From the NCBI GenBank assembly GCA_964016885.1, contig OZ024742.1, positions 112,592,001-112,656,000 on the forward strand: DNA of 64,000 nt, given 5' to 3'. Both the position numbers and the translations under genes were made by a program. Position 1 is the first letter of the stretch; every line of letters begins with the position of its first letter. Of the stretch, positions 52,761 to 64,000 are shown piece after piece. Source of the stretch: Eledone cirrhosa (lineage: Eukaryota). The notes below the pieces were generated by a model. That model was not told where the DNA came from. It did no database searches and saw only the letters and a program-made list of their open reading frames with translations.

Positions 52761-53017
52761 AACACTTTCAATAAATTACTGCTGAGTTCACACATCCACG
52801 CATACACACCGGTATGGGAAAGTAACTAGGGGAACAGATATGGAAATAAATAAAATCGCAAAAAGAAAAATATAAAAAAAAAATAAAGGTTGACGTACCC
52901 ACATACGCTTGTATATATATATATATATATATATATGAACACGAAGACAAATATATATACATACATACAATTTTATAATATAAACATTACCATAATTATA
53001 ATTATGTACACATATAG

Positions 53018-53109
<92 letters not shown>

Positions 53110-53890
53110 ATATATACAATCATACACATGCATATACACACGCGTTACATGGACATAAATATATATGCGTTCACACATTACATATAGATATATGTAAATT
53201 GAAAAGTAAATTGACAATATCTTCTTCTTCACCCACTTATTTCTGAGAGGGTCGAGGGGGCAGTTTCCCTTTCCTTTGTATATATTATATTTGTTAGTGT
53301 TTTCGTTCTGTAACCTTTATATTAAATGAATTTAAAACAAAAAATAGTTAATAAATAATTAAAATGCTAATAAATAAATAAAGAGTTAATAAATAAAAGG
53401 TTATACTTGTTTTACCCTCCTATTTCCACTTCACCGAACGCTATCATGACTGTATGAGTGTGTTTGTGTAAATGCATTGTATGTTTGTGTGAAAGTATGT
53501 GTGAATGTATGTATGTTTGTGTGAACGTATGTATATTTGTGTGAATGTATGTATATTTGTTTGAAAGTATGTGTGATTATATGTGTATTTGTGTGAATTA
53601 TCTCCGTGAGCGTCTATTTTTATAAGTTTGTGTTTGCGCGATTATAGTTATATACTCATAATACTTATATACTCATACGCGTCAGCGTGTAGAAAATCAT
53701 AATCTCTCTAACTCTCTCATCACACACACTCTCTTTCTATATATATGGTAGTTGAGTGTTGGTGGTGGCGACGATATACCGGAAGTGCAACATTGAAAAG
53801 AAGTCAATTTTAAATTATTTTTACGAAATTATTTGTTTACGAAATTTAGTACATAAGTTATGTAATATTCATTCATTATTTATTCAAAGT

Positions 53891-53998
53891 AATCCCGCCG
53901 AGATTAACTTTGCCTCTCATCCTTACGGGGTCGATAAAATAAAGTACCAGTAATGCACTGGTTAATTTGCTGGCCTTGTGCCAAAAAGTAAAAACAAT
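53891..53998 (+). mobile_element. Family S SINE, 5'-truncated, with TSD
   Basis: TSD attatttattcaaagtaat on both sides. Confidence 0.85.
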
Positions 53999-54817
53999 TA
54001 TTTATTCAAAGTAATCCAACTTATTTTAATAACTGGATTAAAAGAAATACACCATACGCAGTCCCGCAGACCTCCCTTTATTATAGTTTAGATAAAGGTT
54101 ATCGGAGAATTCCATGATAATATCGATACCACGCTCTTCACAATACCTTATATGCCTATTGAATGCCTTGTTAGCCAGAATGCTACGTGCCAAAGAATTA
54201 ACAAAGTATTAATATGTTGTAAAAAGGCAGAAATAGAGGATGGTCAAAAATGTATTTTAACAAATATTAGACAATAAGTAGGAAACTATGCCCTGCTACG
54301 AACATCCTACATATCGACTACTGGGTATTAATTAGTAAAACGTTTCATATAATTAATTAATAAACACAGTATCTGTTTTAGTTTGACTATGCTGAGCTGA
54401 ATGTTCTTACATATTAATCTTTTTAGAAACGCAATGAAAGTTGCAACAACAAAATAAATCATTAAATTATGAATATTTGTAATTATAATTTAAAACTGAC
54501 TTAAAGTAGCTAACAGGAACAGTGTGTGTTTTATTTTAAGATGTAATTGCATATTAGTTTTCAGGTGTAATGTTTTTGGTTGTGAGCTGAAGGATTTTAT
54601 ATTCTTGTTTTCCATTTTATATTTATTTTTGTGCGAAAGAAATTTAAGACAGTTACTATTAAACGGTATGGGATTTTTGCATATATTTGGTCTTAATTAG
54701 TTAATGCAGTTTTCCAACCAATAGATTTGGTCATTTCTCTGTACAAAGCAATACTTTCAATAATTATTGTTCACAGTGTGGTAGGCCATACATCACGTAT
54801 TTAACCAGTGCCCATTC

Positions 54818-54868
54818 AGTAATGCACTGGGTAATTGCTGGCCTTGTGTCTAAAGTAGAAACAATTAT
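54818..54868 (+). mobile_element. Family S SINE 3' end
   Basis: cagtaatgcactgggtaattgctggccttgtgtctaaagtagaaacaattatt. Confidence 0.7.
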
Positions 54869-55505
54869 TAAAAATTATAATTTTAGAATTAAAAACTAAT
54901 AATTGCATATAGTTCTTTCCCTGTCCATGTCGACGAGAAGTCTGAGTGTTGTGAAACTGGGTATAACTAAATGACTGTTTAGGAGACGAAAGATTGTGTA
55001 TAAATTTACTATTTGTAATATGCGGCCAGTGTCAAATAAATTAAAACAAACATTGCTCTGCACATTTTAACATACGAGATACGCTGAACGTATAAACCTA
55101 ATCAGTAATTTAGCTAAATCTAAACAAGAAACTCTCTGCTCACTTCAAGCTATGCATTATACTTCTCATAAGATTACACAAGCTAAGAATCTGAGTAAAT
55201 ATATATGTAATATGTATATGTATATATATATATATGTGCGTGTGTGTATGTATATACGTGATAACGTCACACACACATATACACACACACACATACATAC
55301 TTACATACAAACATACACATACATATTTATATATATAGAAGGAAAGAGAGAGAGAACTTAATGTGTTGTAAAATTATGTTAATGTTGACTCACCTACATG
55401 AGTACACGATGCGTACACCATTTAAGTAAAGTACGTGGAGTCATGCATTTAGTTTTATACTATGGTCGCTTTAACTTATAAGCAGAGTGTAATATTAATA
55501 ATAAA

Positions 55506-55640
55506 GAGTTACGGCCCTTGCCATTCTGAGTTCAAATCACGCCGAGGTTAATTTTGCCATTCATCCTTACGGGGTCGATAAAATATAGTACCAGTAATGC
55601 ACTGGGATAATTGCTGGCCTTGCGTCAAAAGTAGAAAAAA
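55506..55640 (+). mobile_element. Family S SINE, 5'-truncated, with TSD
   Basis: B-box and core; TSD atattaataataaa. Confidence 0.85.
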
Positions 55641-57589
55641 ATATTAATAATAAATAGGAACATCGTTTCAGAGTATCATCATTCATTTTATACATGTGAG
55701 ACTGGTGTTTCACTGTTGATTAGCTCATGGTTCAATCCCTACCGATCGGGCCTGATATAAACGTGGTTATCTGTTATATATTTACTTTCTTTCTGACTAG
55801 AATATATTTGTAAACAATACATTAAATCTATAAACTTCCAAACGGTACACATATGAAGTCAGAATTAACGAACGCTGAAGTAAAGTTCAGTTAGTATTCA
55901 CCAGAAATAATGAAACGCACTCTATTGTAAGTCAAAAACTAATTTCCAACATAATGTGTCATAAATCATTAAACACATTTTTAGTTAACCTAGCGTTTGC
56001 ATGGTCTGCTTCGTCACGAAATAATCGGGAAATATGAGGCGAGTCTGTATATCTGTATACCTTTGGGAATATATTAAAGTGTTGTTAACTGTTATGCCAT
56101 CATATGTGGAAGCAAGAAAACTTTATTCTCATTTTCATGTTCTCATTCTAGAAACCATAACGTAGCCCTCACCATTAAATGCCCTCAGTACAAAATACCA
56201 GTGTTCATTAACAACAAGAACAAGAGAGCAGATTTGTTATAGTTACAGAAAACGTAATAGCACTGCATAACAATGCAGAACCATATGCATTCATTTGAAC
56301 CTATATTATAATATAATGGTGGAGAATCTACCTTGTGTAACATTATAGTAAGAATGTATAGTTGTCATCTCACAAATTTCCATTAGATTGGCTCGTAATC
56401 ATGTTTCTTGAAATTAATTTCATTCATATAGCTTTTATTGGTCAAAGTTAAGGTAAAGCCAATTGGCCAAATTACCACATATTAAGATCGAACTCAGATC
56501 ATCATAATTAAAAGAAAAAACACTTTTTCTTTTGAAACATGGTTGTTCTTGCAAAATGTTCTACAATTTACGACGGTTGGATCGAATCTGAGTCATTGAA
56601 AATGGAACGTTGCATTATTATCATTTACATCACAATCAGTAACACTCGGTATCTGAAAAAAATAACTCATATTTGTCGAGGCCACACGTCATATAAATGT
56701 AAACAATTTCGAATTAATATTTAACAGAAACAGAAATTAATTTGCTCTAATACAACTTTTAATAAAGAATTTCATATAATATTTTCAGACTTTAAATGTA
56801 CGGAGAACAAATATTAGACGACAATTCAATATGGGAGAAGAATCATAGAAAGCTTAGGTCACGAGGGTGTAATGGTTGTCGCTGGTTTAAAATATATACG
56901 TACCTAAATTACACACTAATTGGTAAACATTGTTACGTCTGCATAGATGCCTGTAAATGATATAAAGGAGGTGGGGAGTAAACACTACGAAATTATTCAG
57001 AAATTTCTTATGTAACTCAATAAATCTTAAGCAGATGAAGTGTGTATGTCTTATAAACCAGTGAAATAAAATGAAAATTATATTTAAAAAAAAAATGTCT
57101 TCACTTTTCTCAATATGCACTCAAATTAATCGCATTTAAAATAAACTTTTACTACTGCCGCGTTACGTTATAAGTTAACACAAACATAGAGATACGTCGA
57201 AATTTATTTTCACTCGCACAAAATGAAAACATTTTGAGATGCGAGTGCGTGTTATCCATCAGAAGATGATTTCAAAAAGACTCATCTTGGTATTCAAATG
57301 TAGTAACAGGTAAGGTAGGAATAAGTGAAGTGACGATGTACTTAATTATACATAAAATTATTCTAAATTATTTGATATTTTTTTAGCTCAAAAAAAAAAA
57401 AGGATGTATCTACAATTGTTAAAGAATCAAAAATAAAAGGCAACTTCAATAAATAAGTTAAGAACTTGTCAAATAAATACAGTGTGGGAAATAAAAGGAT
57501 ACATTATACGTTTTATAGAGCAGGGTTCGGTGATATGGCTGGATTCAAGTGAAATGTGGGCTTTGTATGACCGGCACATTCACCCATTA

Positions 57590-57673
57590 ACACAATGAAT
57601 ACAAGCTCTAGTATGAGCATGCACTAGTACATCTGCCCTAATTAAGTTGAATATACATGTAGAGAGACACCCA

Positions 57674-57729
<56 letters not shown>

Positions 57730-57808
57730 TGGGTGTCTCTCTACATGTATATTCAACTTAATTAGGGCAGATGTACTAGTGCATGCTCATACTAGAGCTT
57801 GTATTCAT

Positions 57809-57813
<5 letters not shown>
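57590..57813. repeat. Perfect palindrome with about 86-bp arms centred on (TA)n
   Basis: 57590-57676 is the reverse complement of 57727-57813 (no mismatch seen), followed by another (TA)n. Confidence 0.95.
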
Positions 57814-57845
<32 letters not shown>

Positions 57846-58910
57846 TCAGTACACCGGCGGTTGGGCTCCGGCCGTTTCAACAGCTACATCCGAACTAAAG
57901 GATCGGTATTCGAACGGTGGGAATCTAGCTGGTCTCCTCAGTGAGTATAGTCCATATATGAGCAGACCGCCTATGTAAAAAAAGATAATCTTTAAAGTTC
58001 TCTTGTTTCTTTTTTGTCTTTTTTTCCGTGATTTGAGGGAGGGGGGGTTATTTGTTCAAATGTACCTTTTAAAGATATATTTTAGTAGAGCTTATATAGT
58101 TGAAAGATGTTGGCTGCTATTTCTATCGATAAATATATCTTTCACGTCACCCAGACAACGACTAGATTTGTTTCTCAGTTCCGGATTTAGCGATTGCGAG
58201 TCTATAGATGAATTATCTTGCTCTAATGATCGATTTATCGATTTATTGACTATTGAACTCGGCCATTTAATTTCGTAAAACATATTCTTAAGCAATAATA
58301 GTATATATATCCAAGGATATTGATATTTAAGTATTTACATTTTACTTGTCACATTTTGGAATTAGATATATGTTCTTACATCACTGTACTTACTATGTGT
58401 GTCTTTACCGCGGTTTAATGCTCCAGTTTAAACGGAAAATCCAAATGGATTTCCATCGAGAAGGGAGCAATCTTCAGGAGTCTCTTCTCCCTCGGAGAAT
58501 ATAAAATTGCCGGGTTCAAATCACAAACAGACGCCATACAAAACCATTCCCAAATGAGAGCGGATGGTGAAAGAAATAATTCTGCCTGGTGCCGTGTGCA
58601 AACACAAAAAGCAGGGTGTACAGGTCAATGTCCTGCCACTAGAAATAGCAGCAGTCAAAACGGCCACAATTTTATCTCTACATTTTATGACATTATGTGC
58701 GTCATGTATTGCGTCTTTTTCTATATAGTGCTGGCCTTGGGACCCCCTCGTGTTCCTTTAACCTTGTTCTGGTGACTGAGCTTGATGGAACCTGCAACTT
58801 TTGATATACTTTTGTTTATAGACTCTGGTGTTTGCTGCCATAGCGTATCGATGAATCACTGTTAGCTAATAAAACAATGTATTTCTAAGCACTCTTTGGT
58901 TATTCCTAAA

Positions 58911-58974
<64 letters not shown>

Positions 58975-58975
<1 letters not shown>

Positions 58976-59280
58976 TGTTATATTTGAGAAGGGTCATGTT
59001 GTTATAACAGGTCTTAAGTAATCATTACAATACAACGAGAGGAAACATAATAGTATCACTGGTGATGTCACAGATGTGTGACGAAATAACTCTGAGAGAT
59101 AATCCATATTTCTATTTTCAACTGTTGGTCAGTCAATGATAAGCATTCAATGCCAGCTAAATTAACTGTAGAAATATAAAATGTAAGGCAGCGAAAACCA
59201 AACCACACCAACCAAAACAGTGGTGGTTTTTTGTATTATATATTTCTGGCAATATTATAACAACATGGCCCTCGCTAACT
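58975..59280 (+). mobile_element. Family C PLE 3' repeat with short inverted head
   Basis: Homologous to 51770-52040. 58975-59008 is an inverted copy of the family tail. Decayed HHR at 59059-59090. Confidence 0.6.
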
Positions 59281-59304
59281 ATATATATATCTATATATAT
59301 ATAA

Positions 59305-61134
59305 AACCGTATAACATATTTTTCGTTCCCCGTTTCTAAGTGTCATTTCATAGTTTCTTATATCCCATTATTATTTAAAAAAACACTATTATTTAATCAG
59401 AAGTCTGGGTTTGTGGTCAGGAGTTTCGAAATGTTCATATTTTTCGAAATGTTCATATTTTTCAAGAAAAAACACATTTTAAAAAAATTAATCAGTTCAT
59501 ATAATTAAATCAACAGAGTATACATTTATTGTATTACACAAGCTTATCAAAAGCAAACAAGAAAAAAACAAATAACACTTATAAAGCAACTTATACACGT
59601 CAGAAATGACTGGATTCCTGGATTTGTGCTTGTAGTCCAGGTCGCATTCGCGCACTAGCCCCCAGATATATTATCCCCCATCATTTTATCATTGTAATGG
59701 CCCTGGTACCTCCGCTCTATCTATTTCACATCTTGGTGGAATCGCTCGCCTTGTTCTTCTGAGTAGGCGCCCATATTGTCCTTGAACATTTCCAGGTGAG
59801 CGTCCATCATATGGAGTTTAAGCGACACCCTGCATCCCATGGCGCCAAAAGCCTTTATAAGATTCTGCACCAGTTGCTGGTAGTTTTAAGCTCTGTAGTT
59901 GCCCAGGAAGCCCTTAACAACTGCCTTGAAACAGTTCCATGGTGTTCTCTCAATCCTATTGAGCTTATTGTAGGACTCGGTAGACACAAACATCTTCTTT
60001 ATCTGAGGTTCAACAAAAACTCCACCTTTGATTTTGGCCTCAGATAACTTGCGCAAGAACTCAAGAATGTACTTAAAAGCGGCTGATTCTTGGTTGAGAT
60101 CCTTCACAAACTGCTTCATCAACCCCACCTTAATGTGCAGTGGAGGCATGAGCACAATCCTAGGACCAACCAGTTGATCCCACATGATGATCCGGGTCCC
60201 AACTACAAATTGCGTTCGCTGGGGTCCAGTTCTTTCTTTTATAGTGGTCAGAGGTTGCTCTGCTGTCCCCAAGGCAGAGAAAGTATTGGAATTTTATAAA
60301 GCGTACTTGGAGTCCAAGCAGGAAAGCCACCACCATCTTGAAGTCTCCAATGATTTCCCAATTGTACTGGTTGTATTGCAGAGCTTCCAAGAGGACATTC
60401 ACACTGTAGTAATCTTCCTTCAGACAGACTGAATGAGCTAGGGGAAGTGTCGGGAACTTGTTTCCACTGTGGAGGAGGAGGACAGCCTTCAAACTTGTGG
60501 TGGAGCTGTCTATAAATAGCCGCCCCTCCTTGGACGCAAACGGCACCCAATAACGTCAAACAGTCCAGACACGTCAGGGCATAAGCAAAGGTCATACCTA
60601 AGAGTGTAAAAGCCTGAGAAAGTTTCGTGTCGATTTCTCGCACTTTACTCCTGCACTTCCTCCTTGACCAAGTTCCACTGCTTCATCCTGGAGATGAATA
60701 GCTCTTCATTGGACTTGGTCAGACCAATATTCCTGACAAAGTCATTGACTTCTGGTTGGCTTCAGAAGTGAGGAACTTTTTCTGGTACCTCAGGCAGGTA
60801 ATTCAAGTCCTCAGCATCCATCTCCTCCTCTTCATCAGAATATTTGTCTTGGAAAATAAATTTGATATGCAATACAAAATAAATATTGGAAAGGGAAATA
60901 CATATTTAAATAATATAAAAGAACACTAATCATACTAATGAAAATTCGTGCTTAAAACACAACTTACCCTTTATTCAGGGTGCGAAAATCCAGTATCAAT
61001 AAATCTCTTTAATCAACTTTTTAACAATTTTATACTTTATTGCACTTATTTAATTTTATGTTGGTATTAACCTTTATTTTATGAATTTAATTTAACCTGA
61101 AACATAGAGACAAAAATGTTTTTGTTACACGGTG
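59305..61134 (-). mobile_element. Chapaev3-like (CMC superfamily) DNA transposon relic with frameshifted transposase
   Basis: LFIDSSTTSLKAVLL.HSGN, GDFKM, PPLHIKVGLMKQFVK, LSEAKIKGGVF and SEEQGERFHQD motifs. Imperfect TIRs (a/c)accgt(a/g)taaca; TAA on both sides as putative TSD. Family assignment is from recollection of these motifs. Confidence 0.75.
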
Positions 61135-61155
61135 TAATTAGCGAGGGTATTGTTG

Positions 61156-61213
<58 letters not shown>

Positions 61214-61216
<3 letters not shown>

Positions 61217-61380
61217 CATACTTACAAAGAACAATTATTTCACCCTATTCGAATCATCAGCTCGGTTTAAATGAGGTTGTACGGAAAATAAAAGAGAAGC
61301 TGTACGAATACGCAGGTGCAGAACCAAACCAGTCACCTACCCGGGGGAGGTGAACCAACGATAGATCGAATAAGGTGAGA
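61214..61380. repeat. (TA)n-adjacent diverged fold-back with decayed HHR on minus (about 61230-61263)
   Basis: acaattatttcaccctattcga versus tcgaataaggtgagacaattgt. Minus strand GAG-CUGAUGA-UUCGAAUAGGGU-GAAA-UAAUUG-UU. Confidence 0.5.
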
Positions 61381-61510
61381 CAATTGTTAATGATGAACTA
61401 ATTGCTGTAGAACTACTTCTACCAAAACCGTCCCATGCGCTGATATAAACCGCAAGTGTTCTATTATATATATATATATATATATGTGTACATATATATA
61501 TATATATATA

Positions 61511-62500
61511 TTTCAGTTTAGTAGTCAGTTACAAATATTAAGCTCTAAGAAAATACTTCTGAGCATTACATTATAATTTTAAAAAATATATGATCAACAC
61601 TACTGTGTTTTTTTTTGCAAAATGACAATAATTGTTTAGCCAGATAGAAATACCTTAATTCAAGTACATATAGTCCGTCTGTATCGATCTAGAGAATATT
61701 AAATATTAAATCTATACTTACAGACGTAAAATGGCAACTGCCTGGCACCGGGCAGTTGCCCTTTTACGTCTGTAAGTATAGATTTAATATTTAATATTCT
61801 CTAGATCGATACAGAACGACTATATGTACTTGAATTAAGGTATTTCTATCTGGCTAAACAATTATTGTCATTTTGCAAAAAAAACACAGTAGTGTTGATC
61901 ATATATTTTTTAAAATTATAATATAATGCTCAGAAGTATTTTCTTAGAGCTTAATATTTGTAACTGACTACTAAACTGAAATTAATCTGCTCCTACGGTG
62001 AGCTGAATTCATAATCACATGTTCGCGGCTGCTATTTCTAGCGCCATGGATATGAGCCAGAATACTGAGAAGGTCGTGTGCAAAAGCACATGTATTAGGC
62101 TTGCAACAGATCAGTCTTAAGATATTATCTTAGGAGAAGTGATTTTAATTTCTGGGTGCCTACCGAAGATCACAGAAAATGTATTGCTTTACTAATAATT
62201 ATTTTATAAATAGTTGTTCCGTAATTAATTAATTATTTCATTAGTATAACATCCCTTGTGAAACAGGTTTATGTTTTGAAGTTCCGCCCGATCTGCAGAA
62301 AAGGTTTGAATTTTGAAATTTAAACTTGTCTAGGCACCAGGCAGTTGCCATTTTACGTCTGTTAGTATAGATTTAATATTTAATATTCTCGAGATCGATA
62401 CAGACGGACTATATGTACTTGAATTAAGGTATTTCTATCTGGCTAAAAAATTATTGTCATTTTGCAAAAAAAACACAGTAGTGTTGATCATATATTTTTT

Positions 62501-62510
<10 letters not shown>
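61511..62510 (+). repeat. (TA)n-flanked element: inverted 233-bp head + 589-bp unit + 0.3 unit
   Basis: 61511-61743 is the reverse complement of about 61750-61981. ggcacc.ggcagttgcc recurs at 61744 and 62333. Confidence 0.9.
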
Positions 62511-62572
<62 letters not shown>

Positions 62573-62689
62573 ATAAGCAAAAGGGATATTTAATTTGTTG
62601 GTAATTCAACAAATATAAATTTTTATAACTGATTTGAAGGACTCGACAAGTTTCCTGGAGTATAATTTTCAATGATATTAAATAAATGG

Positions 62690-62945
62690 AAACTATATTT
62701 ATGAAACCCTATTTATACTATTATATATATTTCAAGGGTGCCAACAATTTGGTACGCTCTCATCAGATAAAATACAAAGTTTGTTTTATAAATATTGACA
62801 TATCCTGGAAAAACTCGAACCGTTTAGATCTTCTTCCTGGTTATGTCAATATTTATAAAACAAACTTTATATTTTATTTGATGAGAGCGTATCAAAGTTT
62901 TGGTACCCTTGAAATATATATAATAGAATAAATATAGTTTTATCA
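62690..62945. repeat. Fold-back of the family D pLTR, with an HHR in each arm
   Basis: Minus 62714-62774: UAUUUUAU-CUGAUGA-GAGCGUACCAA..UUGGCACCCUU-GAAA-UAUAUA-UA|AUAGUAUA. The plus copy at about 62870-62930 has UUGAUGA. Homologous to 40440-40560. Confidence 0.75.
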
Positions 62946-64000
62946 TTGCATATATATACATATGTATAGGTAAATGGTCTCCCCTCTGGATGGTCTGTAG
63001 AAGGCATCGTTTAACAACTTACACAAAATAAATTGCAAATATTTGTTAATTGCCTGGCATTGTGTCATTTAATTAACAGTCTTCAATAGACTGTTTTATT
63101 AGGTGCTGATATTTGCAACTAGAATGAATTTGTTTTTCAGAAACGGCTTATTGATTAATGTCGCATGAATTACGTCGTTATCGAGTCGCTGTTGTTATTC
63201 TTTAGCTCTAAATGATCTTATCTAATTAGATGCCGTTTTCAAAGACCATCCTATTTTCTTGGAGTTGTTTATATTATTTAGAAATGATTCAGACTGGTTA
63301 ATAGAGACTATCCTAGTTTTGTGTAATTAAGCACGTTACTGTGAAATATGTTTCCGTTTGGAAACCTTAGATAAGTACATGAAATATTATGTATCTTTGA
63401 AATCTTGGACATTAGGCTTCCCAAATAATGACGTATTAATATTCAATTATAGTGAGTACAAGAATTTCGAATGGATCTCGAAACCATCGATGTCTCCTTG
63501 ATGCATCAGAGAATAGTTTTAATGTTTATGTTTATAACAAAACAAAATCTGCTCCAAATTGATATGAATATATTTGTTATGTTATGTTTAACACATCATT
63601 TCGATAAGGAAAACTGGCTATTAATTACACACTGCAATTTTATAATTGTTTTCAGACTTATTGGAAAATTGTCGGCAGTGTTTTGATTAGATGTGGCAAG
63701 AAAATAGTAGTATAAACATTTTCCATCGTAATTACATTTCCAGTGGACATTTTCTGATCTACTTTACATACAATAAATCGCAAATATCACACGATAGGTT
63801 AATATCAGGAATGGAATGTTTAATATGCCATGTAGACTATATTTCAGTAATCTTCAGCCTTATTAAAGTCACATTACTCAAGAAAATTCATATTTATTTT
63901 ATGATATGTTAACTGACAGCGCTTATCCATCATTATGGTAGCCGGTGCATGCAGCTAAGTAGCCATCAAATCATGCTGTACTGCCTGTAAAAAAGATGAC

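Noticed and set aside
53200-57500. Host gene exons in the less repetitive stretches (also 8.2-9.4, 13.7-15, 46.6-47.5 and 63-64 kb)
   Set aside because: No ORF with a recognisable domain or supportable splice structure. Small exons cannot be excluded without RNA-seq.
58430-58490. Minus-strand CUGAAGA...GAAA UCCA UU UGGA hammerhead candidate
   Set aside because: Stems I and II do not pair convincingly.

Overview
AT-rich, microsatellite-dense eukaryotic (metazoan) DNA. The SINE and repeat content suggests an octopod cephalopod, but this is inference. No intact host gene is recognisable. The window is a mosaic of decayed retroelements: R4/Dong-like RLE LINEs, RTE LINEs, L1/Tx1, a CRE-like endonuclease fragment, about 11 copies of one tRNA-derived SINE and many Penelope-like element (PLE) fragments. 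It also has a Chapaev3-like DNA transposon relic and a 200-N gap. The main signal is a hammerhead-ribozyme (HHR) system. A near-homogeneous array of about 14 x 466 bp (18542-25116) carries a complete type I hammerhead in every monomer, has an inverted partial monomer at its 5' end and ends in a (TA)n tract, the architecture expected of a PLE-mobilised non-LTR retrozyme. A second, older HHR array (about 311-bp monomer, 27262-28222, minus strand) has a similar architecture. Many further intact or decayed minimal HHRs, mostly with palindromic stem III, lie in (TA)n-anchored fold-back elements and PLE pseudo-LTRs across the window. All RNA folds were derived by eye, not computed, and element boundaries are approximate unless stated otherwise.
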